Origin: an uncultured Candidatus Rokubacteria bacterium
Lineage (GTDB): Bacteria; Methylomirabilota; Methylomirabilia; Rokubacteriales; CSP1-6
Length of the DNA stretch: 64,000 bases
Reading direction: 5' to 3'
Assembly (NCBI GenBank): GCA_963789955.1
Contig: CAWBMV010000003.1
Location: 1 to 64,000 of the forward strand
Shown: positions 53,095 through 62,986 of the stretch, one piece after another
Layout: every line of letters begins with the position of its first letter
How positions within the stretch are numbered: position 1 is the first letter of the stretch
The notes under the pieces: generated by a model
Seen by the model: the letters and a program-made list of their open reading frames with translations, nothing else
Database searches by the model: none
Told to the model about the DNA's origin: nothing
Made by a program: the position numbers and the translations under genes

Positions 53095-53135
53095 AGATCC
53101 TCCCCCCGCGTTAGTTGCGCTATTCTACTTTGAGT

Positions 53136-53182
53136 CGCGCCTCGGCCGGCGGGGCCCCAGCCCCGCGACGGCCTGCAGCGCG
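53136..53182. repeat. 47-bp palindromic intergenic repeat, copy 2 (REP-like)
   Basis: Identical to 32848-32894. Confidence 0.85.
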
Positions 53183-53206
53183 AACTACGCGGCGGGAGGA
53201 CTCACG

Positions 53207-54817
53207 ATGAGCCGGATCACCGTGCTGAGCCCGTTAGGGGTCAACCGGGTCGGGTCGCAGCCGATCGCGCCGCGTCTTCGGTCGCTCGACGGCGTCAAGC
53301 TGGGCATTCTCAACAACAGCAAGCCCAACTCGCTCGAGCTCCAGCAGCGCGTGGTCGAGCTGATCGGGCAGCACCACTCGGTGACCGGCGCCGTCACGAA
53401 GCAGAAGCCGAGCGCCGCGATCGGTGCCGAGGGGCTCGACGCCTACGCGAAGGAGGTCGGCGCGGTCATCACCGCGATCAGCGACTGAGGGTCGTGCACG
53501 TCGTGGTGTATCCACGACTCGGTCGAGCTGGAGCGGAAGGGCGTCGCGACGGTGACGATTTGCACCGAAGCGTTCATCGGGCTGGCGCGCGAGGAGTCGA
53601 AGAACCTGGGCATGCCCGATCTGCCGCTGGCCATCATCAAGCATCCGATCGGCGGTGAGTCCCTCGCGGTCATTCACCAGCGCGCTGAAGACGCGCTCGA
53701 TCAGGTGATTCGTGGCCTGACGGGCGAGGTGGCCAGCCGAGGAGCCGCCGCCGCGGCGAGCCCGGGAGCGACGGCGCCCGAGTCCTTCACGTTCGCCGAC
53801 GAGGATGAAGCGCTGGAGACCTTTCACACGCGGCGGCTCACCGATGGCCTGCCCTTCGTCTTGCCCACCGCCGAGCGTGTCCAGGCGATGATCGCCGGCT
53901 CCGGCCGGCGGGCCGGCGAGGTCATCGCGGTCGTGCCGCCCCGCTGGGCCGAGGCCACCGTGGAGAACATCGCGGTCAACGCGGTGATGGCCGGGTGCCG
54001 GCCGCAGTACATGCCGGTCTTGATCGCGGCGCTGCAGGCCGCCGCCGATCCCGCGTTCGGTCTCTACAGTGTGCAGGCGACCACGCATCCCTGCGCGGTC
54101 ATGATGCTGATCTCCGGGCCCATCGTGGACGAGCTCGCGCTCAACTTCCGCCACGGCTCCTTCGGCCCGGGCTTCCGCGCCAACGCGTCCATCGGTCGGG
54201 CGATGCGGCTCGTGCTCATGAACGTTGGCGGCGCCATCCCGGGCGAGGGCGATCAGGCCACGCACGGCTCGCCGGCCAAATTCAGCTACTGCGTCGCGGA
54301 AAATGAAGCCGCCACGCCCTGGGAGCCGTTCCGGGTGGCGCGCGGATTCGGCAAGAGCGACAGCACGGTCACGGTGTTCTCCGGCGAGGGCCCGCACAAC
54401 ATCAACGACCACGTGTGTACCTCGGCCGAGACGACCCTGACGGTCGTCGCCGACACGATGACGACGATCGGCCACAATAACGCCGGCTCGGTCGTCCGCG
54501 GCGATGTCCTGGTGGCCTTCGGTCCGGAGCACGCGCACACCGTCGCCTCGGGCGGCATGTCCAGAGCCGACGTACAGAAGTTTCTCTACGAGCGCGCCCG
54601 CAACAAGGTCGGCCTGCTCAAGCTGCGCGCCATGTACAAGGCCGAGAACTGGCCCGACTGGGTCGACCAGAGCGACGACGAGGCGCTGTGCCCGATCGTC
54701 GGCAAGCCCGAGGACATTCACATCGTCGTGACGGGCGGGCCGGGCAAGCACTCGGCGTTCATCCCGACGTTCGGGACCTCGAAGTCGGTGACGCGGAAGA
54801 TCGAGACGACGCGGTGA
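53207..54817 (+). CDS. UGSC-family selenoprotein fused to an uncharacterised C-terminal domain (536 aa, Sec at residue 94)
   Basis: ORFs 53057-53488 and 53552-54817 share a frame; reading through TGA gives AISD-U-GSCTSWCIHDSVELERKG; RBS GGAGG before ATG 53207. Confidence 0.85.
53500..53518 (+). promoter_or_regulatory. Candidate bacterial SECIS hairpin
   Basis: GTCGTGG-TGTAT-CCACGAC, a perfect 7-bp stem starting 11 nt after the in-frame TGA, with a G in the apical loop. Confidence 0.7.
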
Positions 54818-55218
54818 GGACGGCCGGGCTCGTGCTGCTCGCCGGCCTCGTGTCGCTGGTCCCGTGGCCGGCGCTCGCGCAGGACGACCCAAAACCCGTC
54901 TGCCGCATTCCGCGGTTTCGCGGCGCAACGGCTCCGGGAGGCGCCACGGTCGACGTCACGGTTGTCAACACCGGCAAGCCCTGCCGGATCAGGATGCACA
55001 GCGATGTCGACGCCGGGATGGTGACCACTGAGCTTCACGCCGTCGAAGAGCCCCAGCACGGCAGGCTCGAGCTGTCCGGGCCGGACGTCGCGCACTACAT
55101 CCCGAACCCCGGCTACACCGGGCGCGACCAGTACGCGATCGCGGGCCGCGGGCCCACCGCACGGGGCACCACGGCCAGCGTTCGGGTCAACGTCCGCGTG
55201 ACCGTGGTGAATCCCTGA
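54814..55218 (+). CDS. Secreted hypothetical protein with Ig-like (Big_9/cadherin-like) segment
   Basis: Signal peptide, two Cys, PQHGRL..YIPNPGYTGRDQY; GTG overlaps the selenoprotein stop (GTGA). Confidence 0.7.
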   Translation: MRTAGLVLLAGLVSLVPWPALAQDDPKPVCRIPRFRGATAPGGATVDVTVVNTGKPCRIRMHSDVDAGMVTTELHAVEEPQHGRLELSGPDVAHYIPNPGYTGRDQYAIAGRGPTARGTTASVRVNVRVTVVNP

Positions 55219-55225
55219 GGCGCGT

Positions 55226-55771
55226 CTAGACTTTCAGCACCTCGGCGCCCGGCGCGGCCTCGAGCTCGCAGGCGTTGACCGTCATCGCCAGCATGCTGTA
55301 GTAGCCGATCGCGCCGGTGAGCTGGATGAAGCCGTCGTTGCCGAAGCGGCCGATCAGCGCCTTCGCGGTGGCCTCGTCGATCCGGTGCTTGCGCATCAGC
55401 TGGCGCGTGAAGTCGACGATCTGCGCGTCCTCCGCCGGGATGCCGCGGCTGTGGTTCTCACGGATCGCGGTGATCGTCGTCTCCGGCACGCCGAGCCGCC
55501 GCGCGCCGCCCGTCTGCGCGCCCCAGACGTACACGGCCTCCAGCTCGCGCGCGACCGTCATCGCGGCGAGCACGCGCACGCGCATGTCGAGCGAACCCTC
55601 GAACCGCACATAGGCGCCCAGATGCGCGAGGCGGCCGGCCAGCTCGGGCGAGTGCAGGAACATCGTGAACGGCCCCTGCAGCGCGCCGCGGCTCGCGACG
55701 ATCGAGTCGACGATCGGCTGATCCTTCGCGGCGACCTGGCTCTTGTCGGTAATCGATGTCAGCCTTGCCAT
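55226..55771 (-). CDS. Carboxymuconolactone decarboxylase family protein
   Basis: GPF..LHSPELA..LGAYVRF, IGYYSM. Confidence 0.85.
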   Translation of the reverse strand: MARLTSITDKSQVAAKDQPIVDSIVASRGALQGPFTMFLHSPELAGRLAHLGAYVRFEGSLDMRVRVLAAMTVARELEAVYVWGAQTGGARRLGVPETTITAIRENHSRGIPAEDAQIVDFTRQLMRKHRIDEATAKALIGRFGNDGFIQLTGAIGYYSMLAMTVNACELEAAPGAEVLKV

Positions 55772-55789
55772 GACGTCCTCCTCCGGCGC

Positions 55790-58127
55790 TCAGTCGAGCG
55801 CGAATCCAGCGTCTCGTAGCAACGTGTACACCCGGTGCGGCGTGAGGACCGGGCTCGTGATGTCGAGCCGCCCCTCGAACGCGTCCGCGACGGCGTTGGC
55901 GATCGCCGCGGTCGGCGGCCCGGTCGCGCCCTCGCCGACGCCGCGCACTCCGAGCGGATTGTGGTCGGTGGCGAACTGCAGATGCTCCATCACGAGCGGC
56001 GGCATGTCGTCCGCCCGCGGGATCGGGTAGTCCATCAGCGTGTTCGTCAGGAGCTGGCCGTCGTCGTCGTGAACGACGTGCTCGCCGAGGACGACGCCGA
56101 GGCCCTGGGCGAAGCCGCCGACGATCTGGCCGTCGACGATCACCGGATGGAGCTGACGGCCGCAGTCGTGCACGATCGCGTAGCGGAGGATGACGACACG
56201 GCCGGTCTCCACGTCGACCTCCACGACAGCGGCGTGGACGCCGCTCGACCACGTCACCGTGGGCGGCGAGTAGAACTTCGTGGCCCAGAGCCCGGGGCCG
56301 CCGAGCTCGACGAGGCCCCGGTCGCTCAGGGCCACGCGGGCGACCTGGGCGAGCGGAATCGCGCGTCCGGGCGTGCCGACCACGAACGCGCGGCCGTCTT
56401 CGATCCGCACGTCGTCGGGCGCGCACTCGAGGAGGCGTGAGGCGACGCGACACGCCTTCACCTTCACGTCCGCGGCCGCGACGGCGACCGCGTTGCCGGT
56501 GTTCACCGCGACCCGGCTGGCTCCGGTTCCATAGCCGTACGGGACCAGGGTCGTGTCGCCGCCGCGGACGCGAATGTCGTCGAACGCCGCGCCGAGATAC
56601 TCGGCGCACACCTGCGCGAAGACCGTCTCGTGGCCCTGGCCCGAGCCCGAGACGCCGATGAGCACCTCGACGTGGCCGCGATCGTCGACCTTCACCGTCG
56701 CCCACTCGCCGGGCCGGACGCTCCCGCCCGCTTCGAGATATCCGGCGATGCCCAGGCCGATCCGTCGGCCGTCCGCGCGCAGGTCGGCCTGACGCTTGCG
56801 CCAGCCGGCGTAGTCGAGCAGAGCGAGCGCGCGCGCGCAGCTCGAGCGGATAGTCGCCCCCGTCGTAGCTCACGGGCACGCCGTCGCGGTACACGAGGCC
56901 GGGACGATACGGCATCTCCGCCGGCGCGATCTGGTTTCTCGCCCGGACCTCGGCGGGATCGAGGCCGAGCTTCGTCGCGAGCCGGTCGAGCAGCCGCTCG
57001 ACGACCAGGATCGCCTCGGGCCGCCCGGCACCGCGATAGGGCGCGCTCGGCGTCTTGTTGGTGACGACCGCGAACCCTTCGGCGCGAAACGCCGGCACCT
57101 TGTACTGAGAGGGCAGGTGATTGATCGTGTTCGTCGGCTCGTGGACCGAGAAGTAGTGATAGGCGCCGACGTCCTTCACGATGCGGACGTCGAGGCCGAG
57201 CACGCGCCCCGCGTGCGTCGCCGCGAGCCGCGCGTGATGCGCTTGCTGCCGCGCCTGGTGAGAGCTCGACAGAAACTCGGTGCGCGTCTGGATCCATTTG
57301 ACGGGCCGGCCGAGATGATGCGCGAGCAGCGGGACGAGCACGTCCTCCGGATAGATCCCTTCCTTCGGGCCGAACCCGCCGCCGGTGTCGGGTGCGATGA
57401 CGCGCACGCTCTCGGCCGGCAGTCCGAGCCGCGCCGCGACGACGCTGCGCAGGTGATAGGGCGCCTGGTGCGCCGCCCACACCGTCATGCTGCCGGTGAC
57501 CGGATCGAACGCCGCGCAGAGGCCACGCGTCTCGATCGCCATCGAGGTCACGCGCCCGTGGGACGGATGGTCCTCGACGACCACGTCGGCGGCGGCGAAC
57601 GCGCGATCGACGTCGCCGATGACCTTGACGACATGGCCGACGACGTTGCTCGCGCCCTCGTGGACCGTCGGCGAGGCCGCCGTCATCGCGGCTTCGGCGT
57701 CCACGACCGCGGGCCACGGCTCGTACTCGATCCGGACGAGCTCGGCCGCGTCGGCGGCCTGGTATGGATCGGGACCGGTCACCGCGACGATCGGCTCGCC
57801 GACGTAGCGCACTTCGCCGCGCGCGAGCGGCGGCTGCGAGCGCGGCGTGTCCAGGCGGACATAGGGGTTGGTCCGATCCGCGCGCGCGGCGGGTAGGGGC
57901 TCGGCCAGACCGGGCAGATCGTCGGCGAGGAAGACGCCGACACCTGGCAGCGCGCGCGCCGCCGCAGTGTCGATCGCGACGATTCGCGCCCGAGCGTGGG
58001 TGGACCGGACGACGGCCAGGTGGACGAGGCCCGGCGGAGCGATGTCGTCGATGAACCGGCCGCGGCCCGTGATGAGCCGTTCATCCTCCTTGCGTCGAGG
58101 GGATTGACCGATCCCTATCGTGTTCAT
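55790..58127 (-). CDS. Xanthine dehydrogenase family molybdopterin-binding subunit (frameshift near 56830)
   Basis: RKEDERLITGRGRF, GGGFGPK, PYRGAGRPE, GQGHET, GQIVGG, RGVGE. Confidence 0.9.
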
Positions 58128-58336
58128 ACCCCTCTTATACCGCCTCGGCGCGGACTGCGCGCTGTCTCACCAGTGAGAACGGAGGGCCGGTTTCTCGGTG
58201 GGAACCTCGGATTCGGATCGTCCGTTTACTAGCTGCTTCGTCGCTCGAAATTCACTTGAATCAAACAGGGGAGGGGGTGTCTCTTAGAGGCTCGTGGACG
58301 CGGGGAAGTCACACTCATTCCGTAAGGGAGGACGCC

Positions 58337-58930
58337 ATGCGCCGGGACAAGCTGATCACAGCCGTGCTGCTCGCTACGCTCGTCGTGTTCTCAGCTAGCT
58401 ACGCCTACGCCGAGGACTTCGTCGCGCACCTGAATGGATTCCAGGAGATCGGGGCGCTGGCCGGCCCAACCGGGGCCATCCGCGCCAATGGCACTGGCAC
58501 GCTGCATCTCGATCTCGACCGCAAGGCGGGCACCGCGAAGTGGACCTTGACCTACACGGGCGTGGGCACCACCGGGCCGCTCACCGGCACCGTGACGCAG
58601 GCGCACATCCATTTCGGTAAGCGGCATGTGGCCGGAGGCGTCATGGTGTTCTTCTGTGCGAACGTCGCCACAGCCCCTGCCGGCACGCAGCCCTGCCCGG
58701 TGAATTCCGGGACGGTGACGGGCACCTTCACCAGCGCGAACGTTCTGGCCATCGCCACGCAGAACGTCCTGGCCAATGACTTCGACGCGCTCGTCGACGC
58801 GCTGGCCTCGAACACCGCCTACGCCAATATCCATACGACGGCGCTGCCGGCGGGCGAGATCCGCGGACAGATCCACCGCGATCGTCGCGATCACGACGAC
58901 AAGCACGACGACAAGGATCACGGTCGGTAG
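58337..58930 (+). CDS. CHRD domain-containing secreted protein
   Basis: Signal peptide, LNGFQE, QAHIHFG, YANIHT..PAGEIRGQI; RBS GGAGG. Confidence 0.88.
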   Translation: MRRDKLITAVLLATLVVFSASYAYAEDFVAHLNGFQEIGALAGPTGAIRANGTGTLHLDLDRKAGTAKWTLTYTGVGTTGPLTGTVTQAHIHFGKRHVAGGVMVFFCANVATAPAGTQPCPVNSGTVTGTFTSANVLAIATQNVLANDFDALVDALASNTAYANIHTTALPAGEIRGQIHRDRRDHDDKHDDKDHGR

Positions 58931-58944
58931 TAGCGCGGGCGCCA

Positions 58945-58966
58945 GCCGGGGCTCACGAGAGCCCCG
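58945..58966. terminator. GC-rich hairpin between convergent genes (possible terminator)
   Basis: CCGGGGCTC-ACGA-GAGCCCCGG; no U-tract. Confidence 0.4.
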
Positions 58967-58978
58967 GCCGGCCCACTC

Positions 58979-59969
58979 TCACACCGGCCCGTTCGGCGCG
59001 ACGAGGATCTTGCCGCTGCGCTCGCCGCGCTGAGCGTGGGCCACTGCCTCCTTGATGTCCTCGATGGGATAGACCATCTCGACCGGCGCCGACAGGTTGC
59101 CCTTCGCGACCTGCTGGCCGAGATCGGCGTAGATCGCGCGGATCTGCTCGAGCGATCGCGTGCTGAGGCCGCGGCCCAGGATGAACCCGACGAGCGACTG
59201 GCCGCCCGAGACCAAGGTGCTGCGGGACATCACCGGGTCCTCGCCCGTCATCGATCCGTAGTTACAGACGACTCCGCCGTCGGCGAGACATGCGGAGAGC
59301 CGAGCGGTGGCGCGGCCCGACACGGCGTCGAGGCCCAGACGGATCGGCGCGCTGTGGGTCTGCGCCTTGACCGCAGCGGGCAGGTCAGGGCCGTCGACCA
59401 CGCACACGTCGGCGCCGAGCGCCTTCAGCTCGCCGAACAGCGACTCGCGCCGGATCACGTTCACGGTTTTCACACCTCGCGGGCGAGCCAGACGAATCAC
59501 GAGACGCCCCACCGCCGAGTTCGCGACGTTCTGGATGATCCAGTCGCCGGGCTTCAGGGCGACGATGTCGGTGAGGAGCAGGAGCGCCGTGGCGGGGTTG
59601 ATCCGGAGCATCGCCGCCTGCTGGATATCGATACCGTCCGAGATCGCGATGACGTCGTCACCCTTGACGCGGACGCTGCTGGGTCCAGTTCTCCCGCTGC
59701 AGGTTGATGACGAGTTCCCCCGGCTTCACGTGCGTCACGCCGGCGCCGACCGCGACGACGCGGCCGACGCATTCGGCTCCGGGCGTCGCCGGAAGCTCTG
59801 GCTTCAGCCGGTACGTCCCGCGACAGAACGAGATGTCGGCCGGATTGATCGGAAACGCGAGGACCTCGAAGACCACCTCGCCGGCGCCCGGCGCGCCGAC
59901 ATCCGGTACGTCGGCGCAGCGCAGGCCCTCTTCGGGCTGGCCGTAGCGATCGAGCAGGATCTGTTTCAT
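58979..59969 (-). CDS. MDR-family oxidoreductase (2-enoyl thioester reductase-like; frameshift near 59670)
   Basis: PINPAD, PGAECVG, INPATA, NVANSAVG, YGSMTG. Confidence 0.85.
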
Positions 59970-59981
59970 GCTGTGACTCCG

Positions 59982-60779
59982 TCAGGCCGGTAGCTTCCAG
60001 CCGAGCCAGTTGCAGAGCGCCCGCCCCATGATCAGCTCCTTGTCCTTCGCCGTCAGCCACGGCAGCTCTTCGGTGAACATGGTGACGCACTGTTTCCACG
60101 GGCACGGCATCCGCGTGATGTCCGTCCCCCAGAACATGCGGTCGGGACCGAACGCGTCGTAGAGCTTCCGGATGTGCCCGTGGATGTCGCGATACGGGTA
60201 CTGCTCGGCCGAGTAGCTCGGGCGCCGGTCGCCTTGAGCGCCACGTTCGGTTCGGGCGGCGACGAGATCGGGCAGGTTCGACCATGCCGCGTCCGGTCGC
60301 CCGAAGTGATCGATGATCAGCTTGAGCCCGGGATGGCGCTCGGCGATAGGCCCGATAACCTGCATGAGACCGGGGCCGAGCAGCGCGATCGGCATGTTCG
60401 CCCGCTCGGCGGTGGCCCACAGCCAGTCGAGGCTTCCGTCGGTGAGCCACGTCTGCTGATGGGGCTGCAGCAGGGCGAAGCGAAGCCCGAGTAGGCCGGG
60501 CCGGTTCTTCAGGCCGTCGATCGCCGAGCGGCTCTCCGGCTTGTCGAGCGGGAAGTTGGCGAGGATCGAGAGCCGATTCGGGTGCTGGCGCGCGGCCTCG
60601 ACCGCCAGCGCGTTGGAGTTCGGATCCCACCCGGGCGGATGGATGACCGCCGCGGTGACTCCGCCTCCGTCCATCTCCTTCAGCACGTCGTCCGCCGTGT
60701 AGTCCGGGATCTGGCGGTGGTTCGCGTTCGTCGGCTTGTGGCCCTTCCAGATGTGGATCTGCGCGTCGACGATCAGCAT
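59982..60779 (-). CDS. Amidohydrolase family protein (short compensated frameshift near 60230-60255)
   Basis: DAQIHIW, IIDHFG, FGPDRMFWGTD. Confidence 0.85.
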   Translation of the reverse strand: MLIVDAQIHIWKGHKPTNANHRQIPDYTADDVLKEMDGGGVTAAVIHPPGWDPNSNALAVEAARQHPNRLSILANFPLDKPESRSAIDGLKNRPGLLGLRFALLQPHQQTWLTDGSLDWLWATAERANMPIALLGPGLMQVIGPIAERHPGLKLIIDHFGRPDAAWSNLPDLVAARTERGAQGDRRPSYSAEQYPYRDIHGHIRKLYDAFGPDRMFWGTDITRMPCPWKQCVTMFTEELPWLTAKDKELIMGRALCNWLGWKLPA

Positions 60780-60804
60780 GTCGCTGTCTCCTTGGTGCGG
60801 CTCC

Positions 60805-62076
60805 TCACGTCTTCTCGAAGTCGATTCGCTCGGCCACCGGCAGCCCCTGGAGATAGCGGCGCAGGCAGTCGAGCCCCATCTCGGTGGCCCCGAGGCGCAC
60901 CCACTCGCGCCCTCCGAGAATCCGACTGCGCCGGGATTCGGCGCCGTCAGCGGTCGCGACCGCCAGACAGATGGTACCGCCGAAGTCGATCTTGTCCGGC
61001 CCGTCGTCGAGATCGATCAGCACCGCCAGCGCGTGGCTCGCGCCGGTCCGCCGTCGCGCAGCGTGCGCGACCGCCTCCGCCGTCTCGCGCGAGAGCTCGC
61101 CCGCCGGCGGGCCGCCGTCGAGGCCGACCCCGGCGTAGATCTCGGCGAGGTCGCGCGCCACGATGCCGCGCCGGAAGACCTTCTCCGCGCCGGTCAGGTG
61201 ACCGAAGCGCGCGGCGATCTGTCCGCTCGTGAAGGTCTCGACGACCGTGAGGGAGCCCTGCCGGGCCGTCAGCGCCGACAGGATGACGCCCTCCAGGGTC
61301 TGCTCGTCCTCGGCCAGGATGAAGTTGCCGAGTCGCTTGCGCACTTCGCCCTCGACCGGCGCGAGCTTGGCGCGGACGTCGTCCATGTCCCGGCCGCGGA
61401 CGGTCAGCTTGGTCTCGAGCTGCGGGTAGTGCGCGCGGAACCCGAGCTTCACGCTGCCGTCGGGCACGAGCTGCTCCACGCCGGTGAGCAGCGCGTCCAC
61501 GTGGGATTCGCCGAGCCCGTAGGAATGGAACCGCTTGAGGTGGATCGTCGCCTGCAGGCCGCTCTTCGCCAGCAGCCGGGGAATGATCTGCTCCTCGAGC
61601 ATGCGCCGGAGCTCGCGCGGCACACCGGGGGTGAAGAAGAAGCGCGCGCGGCCGATGTCGAGCGCGAAGCCGCAGGCCGTCCCGATCGGATTGTCGATCA
61701 CCTCGGCGGTCGAGGGCAGCATCGCCTGCTTCGTGTTGTTCGGCGGCATGACGCGACTGCGCCGCTTGAAGAACTCCTCCATCGTCTTGAGCCAGCCTTC
61801 GTTGAGCACCAGTTCGACCCCGGCAGCCTGCGCGGCGATCTCCTGTGACAGATCGTCGATCGTGGGGCCGAGGCCGCCGTTGACGATGACCGCGTCGGCG
61901 CGCTGCCCGGCCAGCTTGAACGCGAGCAGGAGATTCTCGCGATCGTCGCCGACCGTCGTCTCCCACTCGACAGCGAGCCCGACGTCTTCCAGCTTCTGCG
62001 TCATGTAGCTGAAGTTGGTGTTGACGATCTTCCCGGTGAGGACCTCGTCACCCGTGCAGATGATCTCGATGCGCAT
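60805..62076 (-). CDS. cinA: CinA-like protein (molybdopterin-binding/pyrophosphatase domain plus divergent PncC-like domain)
   Basis: TGDEVLTG..NTN, GGLGPTIDD, NPIGTACG, PGVPRE, GLGES. Confidence 0.85.
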   Translation of the reverse strand: MRIEIICTGDEVLTGKIVNTNFSYMTQKLEDVGLAVEWETTVGDDRENLLLAFKLAGQRADAVIVNGGLGPTIDDLSQEIAAQAAGVELVLNEGWLKTMEEFFKRRSRVMPPNNTKQAMLPSTAEVIDNPIGTACGFALDIGRARFFFTPGVPRELRRMLEEQIIPRLLAKSGLQATIHLKRFHSYGLGESHVDALLTGVEQLVPDGSVKLGFRAHYPQLETKLTVRGRDMDDVRAKLAPVEGEVRKRLGNFILAEDEQTLEGVILSALTARQGSLTVVETFTSGQIAARFGHLTGAEKVFRRGIVARDLAEIYAGVGLDGGPPAGELSRETAEAVAHAARRRTGASHALAVLIDLDDGPDKIDFGGTICLAVATADGAESRRSRILGGREWVRLGATEMGLDCLRRYLQGLPVAERIDFEKT

Positions 62077-62088
62077 GTGGGATTCGTC

Positions 62089-62979
62089 CTAGTGGAGGAG
62101 CTTCAGGAGGGCGTCGACGACCGCCTTCGGCTCCTCGCGCGGCATGAAATGACCGACGCCCGGTACGACGCGCCGCTCGGTTCCCGCCGGAAACTGTGGA
62201 AGCTCGGCCTCGGCGCGCTTGGGCGGGCCGACCGTGTCGTCCGCGCCGTGAAGGATCACGGTGGGCACGGTGATCGCCGGCCGCTCGGCGAGGCGCCGCT
62301 CGATCGCGTCCAGGCGCCCATCGCCCGGAGCGTTGCCGTGACGGTGGCGGTACGAGTGGATCACCACCGCGACGAAATCGGGATTGTCGAACGACGGGGC
62401 GGTACGCTCGAACGCCGCCGGCTCGAATCGCCAGGTCGGCGACCATTCCTGCCACAGGAGCCGGCAGATGTCGCGCCGGTTCTGCTCGAGCCCCTGGCGT
62501 CCGCGCTCGGTGTTGAAGTACCACTGATACCAGTACGAGCGCTCGGCCTTCGCTGAGGCCGGCGGCGCCGGTGTCACCGTGTTCTGGACGTTGTAGCCGC
62601 CGATCGTGACGAGCGCGCGGACCCGTTCGGGCGCGAGGATCGCCGAGATGCACGCGGCGCGCCCGCCCCAGTCGTAGCCGGCGAGTGCGGCCGGGGCCAG
62701 GCGGAGCGCGGCCATGAACTCGAGCAGGTCCTGGCTGATCGCGGCTTGCTGCGCCATGCGCGGTTCGTTCGAATCGAGAAAGCGCGTCGGCCCGTAGCCG
62801 CGCAGGTAGGGGACGAGCACGCGGCAGCCCGCAGTGGCGAGGGCAGGCGCGACGTCGTCGAACGCGCGCGCGTCGTCGGGAAAGCCGTGGAGCAGGACGA
62901 CGGGCGTACCTCCAGGATTGCCGTGCGCCTCGTACCCGATCTCGATCGTCGGCGTGCGTACCGTGAGGATGTCGGGCAT
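62089..62979 (-). CDS. Alpha/beta hydrolase (epoxide hydrolase-like)
   Basis: LLHGFPD, LRGYG, GYDWGG, GHF. Confidence 0.9.
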   Translation of the reverse strand: MPDILTVRTPTIEIGYEAHGNPGGTPVVLLHGFPDDARAFDDVAPALATAGCRVLVPYLRGYGPTRFLDSNEPRMAQQAAISQDLLEFMAALRLAPAALAGYDWGGRAACISAILAPERVRALVTIGGYNVQNTVTPAPPASAKAERSYWYQWYFNTERGRQGLEQNRRDICRLLWQEWSPTWRFEPAAFERTAPSFDNPDFVAVVIHSYRHRHGNAPGDGRLDAIERRLAERPAITVPTVILHGADDTVGPPKRAEAELPQFPAGTERRVVPGVGHFMPREEPKAVVDALLKLLH

Positions 62980-62986
62980 TGGACGC

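Noticed and set aside
55790..58127. Aerobic CO dehydrogenase coxL
   Set aside because: Lacks the form I AYxCSFR loop and has no coxS/coxM or accessory genes nearby.
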